From an uncultured bacterium (lineage in GTDB: Bacteria > Margulisbacteria > WOR-1 > CAVSGV01): a stretch of DNA of 32,000 nt. Below, piece by piece: positions 26,438-32,000 of this stretch. The notes below the pieces were generated by a model. It made no database searches. It saw only the letters and a program-made list of their open reading frames with translations, and was not told where the DNA came from. The position numbers were made by a program, and so were the translations under genes. The first letter of the stretch is position 1, and every line of letters starts with the position of its first letter. The DNA lies in contig OY969425.1 in assembly GCA_963699255.1 (NCBI GenBank), positions 750,001 to 782,000 on the forward strand, given 5' to 3'.

Positions 26438-27082
26438 ATGACGACAATAAAGATCAATCCATCCCAACCTGACACAAAAGCCATCAATAATGCCGTAAAA
26501 ATACTCAGGTTCGGCGGGATCGTCGCGTTCCCGACGGACACCGTCTACGGCATCGCCGCGATGCCCTTCATTAAAAAAGCTGTTTCAAAACTATACAAAA
26601 TAAAAGGCCGCTCGGACAAAAAGCCGATAGCTTTACTGGTAAGTTCAAAAAAACAGGTGAAAAAGTTCGCCGGATCAATACCGGCCAAAGCCGCGCAGCT
26701 GATGAAAAAGCATTGGCCGGGCCCGCTCACTCTGATATTCAAAAAGAGAAGGTCCGTACCGGACTTCCTGACCTCCGGACTTAAGACTATCGGCATAAGG
26801 ATGCCAAATAACAAGATCGCTTTAAAACTGATCAAAAAAGCCGGCGGCGCGCTGGCCGTGACTTCCGCGAACAGATCCGGGAATAGACCGGCAGTTACCG
26901 CGGATCAGATGAAGGGATTGAAAGGTGTCGATCTTGTCTTTGACGGAGGCAAATGCAAGATAGGAATCCCTTCTTCGGTCATTGCTGTCGTTTGCGGAAA
27001 GCCGCGGGTATTAAGAAAAGGCCCGACCTCACCTCTGACCCCTCTCCATAGTAAGGAGAGGGGAGCTATACGACCAAAGTAA
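26438..27082 (+). CDS. Sua5/YciO/YrdC/YwlC-family threonylcarbamoyl-AMP synthase-like protein
   Basis: GGIVAFPTDTVYGIAAMPF...KIKGRSDKKPIALLVSS...WPGPLTLIFKK...TIGIRMPNNKIALKLIKKAGGALAVTSANRSG. Confidence 0.92.
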   Translation: MTTIKINPSQPDTKAINNAVKILRFGGIVAFPTDTVYGIAAMPFIKKAVSKLYKIKGRSDKKPIALLVSSKKQVKKFAGSIPAKAAQLMKKHWPGPLTLIFKKRRSVPDFLTSGLKTIGIRMPNNKIALKLIKKAGGALAVTSANRSGNRPAVTADQMKGLKGVDLVFDGGKCKIGIPSSVIAVVCGKPRVLRKGPTSPLTPLHSKERGAIRPK

Positions 27083-27153
27083 GTAGCTTATGAGCCCAAA
27101 AAACTTAAGGGTGAGGTGAAAAGAGCGGAGTTTACCTCCGCGGGCAATGTTTA

Positions 27154-28275
27154 TTAGAAATTGTACGCCAACTTGAAATAATAAGTCTCATAAGGCTTTG
27201 TAAGCTGGTCGGTCAAATTCAAGTCCTCGCCCGCGAGGGTTTTTTTGTAATTCAATGAAGCGTAAGCGCCGTTCCCCATATTATATTCTATCGCCCCACC
27301 TACAAGACTGGCGTCCTTACCTTGTATCGCCCTGTAATCAAGGAATGACAGTTCCTTTACAAATCCGGTGATGTTCAATCTGTCAAAGGGCGTGATAAGG
27401 AAGCTGCCCGAATTCGCGCTCCCGCCGTCCGTATAATTCTCATTTGCATAAGTTAGATCGATCAATCCAAGAATCCCCGTATCCAGCGACACAACGGTCC
27501 CGTATCTGCGCCCGCCTTCCGCTTCAAGGGAAGTAAAATCAACGGGATCCAGGTCATAGCCCGATGTGAAATACCCCGGAATGAACCGGTCATTGAACGA
27601 AGCGCCGGCCAGCGTGATCTTTGAAAAGGCAAATATCAGGTCATAATCAAGGGACACTCCCGCGAGACTGCCCTCTCCCCCGTTGGAAGTGCTGGCCTCC
27701 TCCGCGAACAAACCGAGCTCATCCGTCAGCGGCAGCACAACGTAAGCGCCGCAGGCACACCTTCCGTATCCTTCCCTGCTGACCATGCCGGCGTCGCTTA
27801 AATATTCAAGGCCGAAATTCATATTGAAAAAGCTGAGGTCTTTCAAGCTTATCCCGTAGAGATGAGAATACGTCCCCACTCCTTCAATAACAAAATCACC
27901 AAAGTCATAATCAACCTTGAGCCCGCACTGCTCGTTGGTCATAAAAGCCGGCTGATAGTATGTTGTGCTAAGATCGTTCATAAGAATACCGTAACCGAAG
28001 CTCAGGTTCTCTATCGGGGCATAACTTATCCCCAGCTTTCCGTCATCATATTCTAGATATTTGATGACCGCCGATTCGAGGCCGTAATTCCGGCCGGACA
28101 AATTCGCGTTAAGCGATATCCCGCAAGAAATATCTGAAATGGAAAAATCATCGCTCAGCGATAAAGTCCCCGACGCGATATTTGAGTCGGAAAAATATCC
28201 GGGTTCTATGCTGACGGCTTCAGCAAAACAATTCAGCAGCAGCACGCTGATGATCAATAAGAACGATCTTTTCAT
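27154..28275 (-). CDS. Putative outer-membrane beta-barrel protein, function unknown
   Basis: MKRSFLLIISVLLLNCFAEAVS signal peptide; alternating short beta-strand pattern ending in an aromatic residue (..YYFKLAYNF). Start 28275 overlaps the upstream stop (ATGA). Confidence 0.6.
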   Translation of the reverse strand: MKRSFLLIISVLLLNCFAEAVSIEPGYFSDSNIASGTLSLSDDFSISDISCGISLNANLSGRNYGLESAVIKYLEYDDGKLGISYAPIENLSFGYGILMNDLSTTYYQPAFMTNEQCGLKVDYDFGDFVIEGVGTYSHLYGISLKDLSFFNMNFGLEYLSDAGMVSREGYGRCACGAYVVLPLTDELGLFAEEASTSNGGEGSLAGVSLDYDLIFAFSKITLAGASFNDRFIPGYFTSGYDLDPVDFTSLEAEGGRRYGTVVSLDTGILGLIDLTYANENYTDGGSANSGSFLITPFDRLNITGFVKELSFLDYRAIQGKDASLVGGAIEYNMGNGAYASLNYKKTLAGEDLNLTDQLTKPYETYYFKLAYNF

Positions 28276-30413
28276 AAGTTGACCTGGATCTGCGCCTTCT
28301 CCCTTTCTTTTTTCAGCCAATCATCGGCGTATTCCGATCTCTTTTCCTTCAATACCTGTGTTCTTATCACCGGGCTTTCGTCCGTGTACCCTGGAAGCTG
28401 GATGCCGCGCTCAATGACCTGAACGACATAATACTTCCCCATGCTTTTTATGATCCCCGTTTGGCCGGCATCAAGCATGAAGCACTGTTCGATGAAAGGC
28501 CTCATATATTCGCTTTCTATGACATAATCGTTCCTTGAAAAAGGGGCCGTCTCCCGTGCCGCTTCCACTGTTATCGCGCCGGACCCAAGAAGCTCGCGAG
28601 CCTTTTCATCTGCCAGCTTGTCCGCCCGTGCCATCGCTACCATAGCGGCAACTTCATCGGAGATCTGGCCGAAACCGGGAATGTAAGAAGGTTCTGCGGT
28701 TGCCACAACGGTGACATAATAGCTGTCACTTTTTTTGATCACGGTCCCGATATCGCCCGGACTTTCAAGTGTAGACGACGCTTCCACAGTGGTTATGTGA
28801 ACGCTCATCCTTTTCTCCAGCTCTTTCAGGGAAACTCCCCCCGAGATCAGGTCGAGCGCGTGTCTGGCCGCGGATTCAGCGTAGACAGACGAATCTTCGT
28901 CCATGATATTTTTTTCTATGACCGCGGAAACTTCGGAGCTGGGTAAATATTCCTGGGGCTTAACGTCAATAACTTCCAGCACGGCATATCCTTCGTCATA
29001 TTCTATTTCATTGCTGATCTCCCCCGCGCTCATGTCAAGCGCCGTGCTCGTGAACAAAAGATCCCTGCCGATCATCGGGATCCTGTCGGATGACTTGAAA
29101 TATTCCGTCTCAAAAGGCGTGAGCCCCTTTTCCCCCGCGGCCTTTTCGAACCCGACCTTCTTTGCTTCTATCTTGAACCGTTTCGCGTCAGTAAGGGCGA
29201 TAGGTTTCGCGGCTTCATTAAGAAGCTGCTCCTCGATCGTATCCCTGACCTCTTCAAAAGACGGAACACGCTGTTCCGTTTTATCTTCTATTGAAAAAAC
29301 ACAGTATCCGTTATCGGTTTCGATGATGTCGCTTACCTGCCCGCCGCGCAGACCGAAAGCTATACTGTTAAAAGGCTCCTTTAATATTCCCTCTTTGATA
29401 TAGCCAAGGTCGCCGCCGCTGCCGGCGGATGATACGTCGTCAGAATATTTTTGTGCCAGCTCCGCGAATGGGATCCCCTGTTTTAATCCGCCCTGAAGGC
29501 CCTGCAGCCTGCTCATGTCACACGGCTTTTTCAGATATATGAACCTGATCCTAGCCTCGGCCGGTTCAACGAATTTATCAAGGTTCTCCTCATAATACTT
29601 TTCTGAATTCACCCCGAGGTCATAGACCTGGTTCAAGTAATCTTTTGTCCTGAAAAGGACATATTTGACCCTGGCAAGTTTATCGCTCCTGAAATCGTTC
29701 CTGTGTTGATCGTAATAGTCCGCCTGCATTTGAGGGGTTATGCTCACCATACCGTTATACTCGTAAGGATCGAAATAAAGCACCGCATATTCTTTCAGAG
29801 CCGGGCGCCTGAATTGCTCGCTATGGTCCTTATAGTATGTGTTTATTTCATCCTCCGATATTTCCATGCTATTCGCCATGGCAACAGGATCTATTTTAAT
29901 GTATTTAGCCCTCATCTTCTCCGCCCTCTTCCCGATCTCGTCAAGAACATCCCTGTCGCTTATGGAGACATCTTCCTTGATCGCTGCGATCACCTTTGGC
30001 GGAATGATCTGCCTCGCCTTGTAAGACAATATCACTTTCTCGGCCCTGTCCCGGGAGCTGCTGTCTTCCTGCGAAACCGCTGGGCCTGACATCAAAAGCT
30101 CCTCTATTTCTTCTTCACCGGCGAACATCTTTGCGGTGATCCCGCGCCTTTTTGCTTCCTGAAGATAAAGCTGCCTGTTTATAAGATCACCGATAAGCTC
30201 TTTCTTCATTTTTTCGCGGACGGACCCATCGATATTCTCACCGAAATATCTCTTATAGGAATCCTCATATCTTGCCAGGGAATACTCATACTCGTCCTTG
30301 TAGATGTTGTCGCCGTTAACAACGATGGCGATCTCCGGCTCGGCAACGCACGGGAAGAACAATAAGAGGAAAAACAGCAGGATAACCGATGATCTTTTAA
30401 TGTCGCATCTCAC
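28272..30413 (-). CDS. SurA/PpiD/PrsA-like periplasmic peptidyl-prolyl cis-trans isomerase/chaperone (GTG start)
   Basis: Signal peptide; SurA_N-like domain; rotamase motif FAELAQKYSDDVSSAGSGGDLGYIKEGILKEPFNSIAFGLRGGQVSDIIETDNGYCVFSI. Confidence 0.85.
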   Translation of the reverse strand: MRCDIKRSSVILLFFLLLFFPCVAEPEIAIVVNGDNIYKDEYEYSLARYEDSYKRYFGENIDGSVREKMKKELIGDLINRQLYLQEAKRRGITAKMFAGEEEIEELLMSGPAVSQEDSSSRDRAEKVILSYKARQIIPPKVIAAIKEDVSISDRDVLDEIGKRAEKMRAKYIKIDPVAMANSMEISEDEINTYYKDHSEQFRRPALKEYAVLYFDPYEYNGMVSITPQMQADYYDQHRNDFRSDKLARVKYVLFRTKDYLNQVYDLGVNSEKYYEENLDKFVEPAEARIRFIYLKKPCDMSRLQGLQGGLKQGIPFAELAQKYSDDVSSAGSGGDLGYIKEGILKEPFNSIAFGLRGGQVSDIIETDNGYCVFSIEDKTEQRVPSFEEVRDTIEEQLLNEAAKPIALTDAKRFKIEAKKVGFEKAAGEKGLTPFETEYFKSSDRIPMIGRDLLFTSTALDMSAGEISNEIEYDEGYAVLEVIDVKPQEYLPSSEVSAVIEKNIMDEDSSVYAESAARHALDLISGGVSLKELEKRMSVHITTVEASSTLESPGDIGTVIKKSDSYYVTVVATAEPSYIPGFGQISDEVAAMVAMARADKLADEKARELLGSGAITVEAARETAPFSRNDYVIESEYMRPFIEQCFMLDAGQTGIIKSMGKYYVVQVIERGIQLPGYTDESPVIRTQVLKEKRSEYADDWLKKEREKAQIQVNL

Positions 30414-30432
30414 AACTCACATCTCTATTCTC
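30405..30432. repeat. Heptamer array at the purH / PPIase junction, containing the PPIase GTG start
   Basis: gcatctc acaactc acatctc tattctc. Confidence 0.7.
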
Positions 30433-30436
30433 GGCA

Positions 30437-31996
30437 TCAATGCCTGAAGTGTCTTTTCCCTGTGAACACCAGCGCGATATTATGCTCGTTCGCGGCGGCG
30501 ATCACTTCCGCATCCCTGATCGAGCCTCCCGTCTCAATTATCGCGGAAATGCCGGCTTTTGATGCCATGTCGATAGAATCCCTGAACGGAAAGAACGCAT
30601 CTGAAGCGAGAACTGCGTTCTTTGCAAGCGTCCCGGCATTTTTAAGCGCTATTTCCACGGACTGCACTCTGTTCATCTGTCCAGCCCCAACACCAAGGGT
30701 TTCCTTGCCTTTCGCCACAACTATCGCGTTGGATTTCACAAATTTCACGACGCCCCAAGCGAAGAAAAGATCCTCGAGTTCCGCCACGGAAGGCTGCTTC
30801 TTTGAAACGACCTTTATGTCCGACAGGTTCAGCTCGAGCATATCGGTATCCTGAACGAGGAATCCCCCGCGGACCCTTTTGTAATCGAACCCTTTCCACA
30901 CGCTGGTCAGCGAGCCCTTCCCCATTTCGAGAAGCCTTATATTCTCCCTTTTTTTAAGGATCTTTAGGGCCCCTTTATCGAATTCCGGCGCCGCTATCGC
31001 CTCGACAAAATGGCCCCCAAGCGCCTTGGCCATTTCCTCATCAACGGTCCTGTTAGCGGCAATGACACCGCCGTAAGCTGAAACAGGATCGGATGCAAAA
31101 GCTTTTTTATACGCGTGCACGATCTTTTCGGCCTGGCCAACGCCGCAGGGGTTGGTATGTTTAACTATGACAACGGTCGGAACAGCGAAATATTTTACAA
31201 TGGCCCACGCTGAATCAATATCATATATGTTATTGAAAGAGAGTTCCTTGCCGTGAAGCTGCTTCATCTGCGTGGTATCTCCAGTAACGCCAAGTTCCCT
31301 GTAAAAAGCCGCCTTCTGATGGGGATTTTCGCCGTAACGAAGGTCCTGCGCCTTCTCAAGGAATATGTCGATCTCGCCGGGCATCCCGGGTTTTGCTTCA
31401 TGCTTTACCCTGCCCTTAAAATAAAGTGATATGCGCGAGTCATACTTTTTCGTGTGCGAGAATGCTTTGCTGGCAAGAAGCTCTTTGGTCTGGAACGAGA
31501 GCTTGCCGCCCTTTTTCCTCAGCTCTTTCAATATCATGTCATAATCGGCCGGGTCTACGATGATCGCGACATCCTTGTAGTTCTTTGCCGCGGCCCTGAC
31601 CATACTGGGCCCTCCTATGTCGATATTTTCGATCGCTTCTTCGTGGGAGAATTTCGGCTTGGAGACCACCTGTTCAAAAGGATACAGATTGCAAACAACG
31701 ATATCTATCGGCCTTATTTTGAACATTTTCAGGTCTTTCAGGTGGTTCTTTTTGCTCCTATCGGCAAGAATGCCGCCAAAGATGGCGGGGTGAAGGCTTT
31801 TTACCCTGCCATCGAGCATTTTCGGATATCCAGTCAGTTCCGGCACTTCGATGACCTTTATCTTGCCTTTCCTTAAGTGTTCTGCCGTCCCTCCCGTGGA
31901 TACGATGTCATATTTCAGCTTCTTCAATCCCTTCGCGAACGGGATCAAATTCGTCTTGTCCGAAACAGATATCAAAGCTAATTTATTGTTTTTCAA
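30437..31996 (-). CDS. purH: Bifunctional AICAR transformylase/IMP cyclohydrolase PurH (track start is TTG; the true start may lie outside the window)
   Basis: KLALISVSDKTNLIPFAKGLKKLKYDIVSTGGTAEHLR...VPELTGYPKMLDGRVKSLHPAIFGGILADR...HTNPCGVG...RYGENPHQKAAFY. Confidence 0.98.
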   Translation of the reverse strand: MKNNKLALISVSDKTNLIPFAKGLKKLKYDIVSTGGTAEHLRKGKIKVIEVPELTGYPKMLDGRVKSLHPAIFGGILADRSKKNHLKDLKMFKIRPIDIVVCNLYPFEQVVSKPKFSHEEAIENIDIGGPSMVRAAAKNYKDVAIIVDPADYDMILKELRKKGGKLSFQTKELLASKAFSHTKKYDSRISLYFKGRVKHEAKPGMPGEIDIFLEKAQDLRYGENPHQKAAFYRELGVTGDTTQMKQLHGKELSFNNIYDIDSAWAIVKYFAVPTVVIVKHTNPCGVGQAEKIVHAYKKAFASDPVSAYGGVIAANRTVDEEMAKALGGHFVEAIAAPEFDKGALKILKKRENIRLLEMGKGSLTSVWKGFDYKRVRGGFLVQDTDMLELNLSDIKVVSKKQPSVAELEDLFFAWGVVKFVKSNAIVVAKGKETLGVGAGQMNRVQSVEIALKNAGTLAKNAVLASDAFFPFRDSIDMASKAGISAIIETGGSIRDAEVIAAANEHNIALVFTGKRHFRH

Positions 31997-32000
31997 TTTT

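Noticed and set aside
1-32000. Search for defence system, prophage, transposase or toxin-antitoxin modules
   Set aside because: Nothing in the translated frames matches such families. Mre11/Rad50 here looks like housekeeping repair rather than an anti-phage module.

Overview
32 kb bacterial chromosomal window. The gene style suggests a candidate-phylum-like Gram-negative; taxonomy is not resolved here. (1) The left 5.3 kb is one giant minus-strand ORF, missing from the supplied ORF track because it runs off the window edge. It encodes a secreted modular right-handed beta-helix protein. (2) Next is a CIRCE-controlled heat-shock operon: hrcA-grpE-dnaK-dnaJ-rsmE-mtaB. (3) An Mre11/SbcD-Rad50/SbcC pair follows, with the mre11 C-terminus split across three reading frames. 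(4) Then come a small membrane protein, pyrR, a phosphohexomutase, two tRNA-Ser genes flanking an RluE-like pseudouridine synthase, tadA, rnhA and the RNase P RNA. (5) A tolC-macA-macB-like tripartite exporter is divergent from an ECF sigma / small TM protein / Spy-like / DUF6515-like cluster. (6) The right end holds a Sua5/YrdC-family gene, a putative outer-membrane protein, a SurA/PpiD-like PPIase and purH. The most unusual signals are: two tandem imperfect palindromes inserted in frame in mtaB; two +1 frame changes at TAA stops in mre11, with the last frame ATGA-coupled to rad50; and a dispersed family of 7-bp-periodic mini-arrays at gene junctions. Some of these arrays are built as inverted arms, and some supply or abut start codons. 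No CRISPR array, transposase or recognisable defence island was found.
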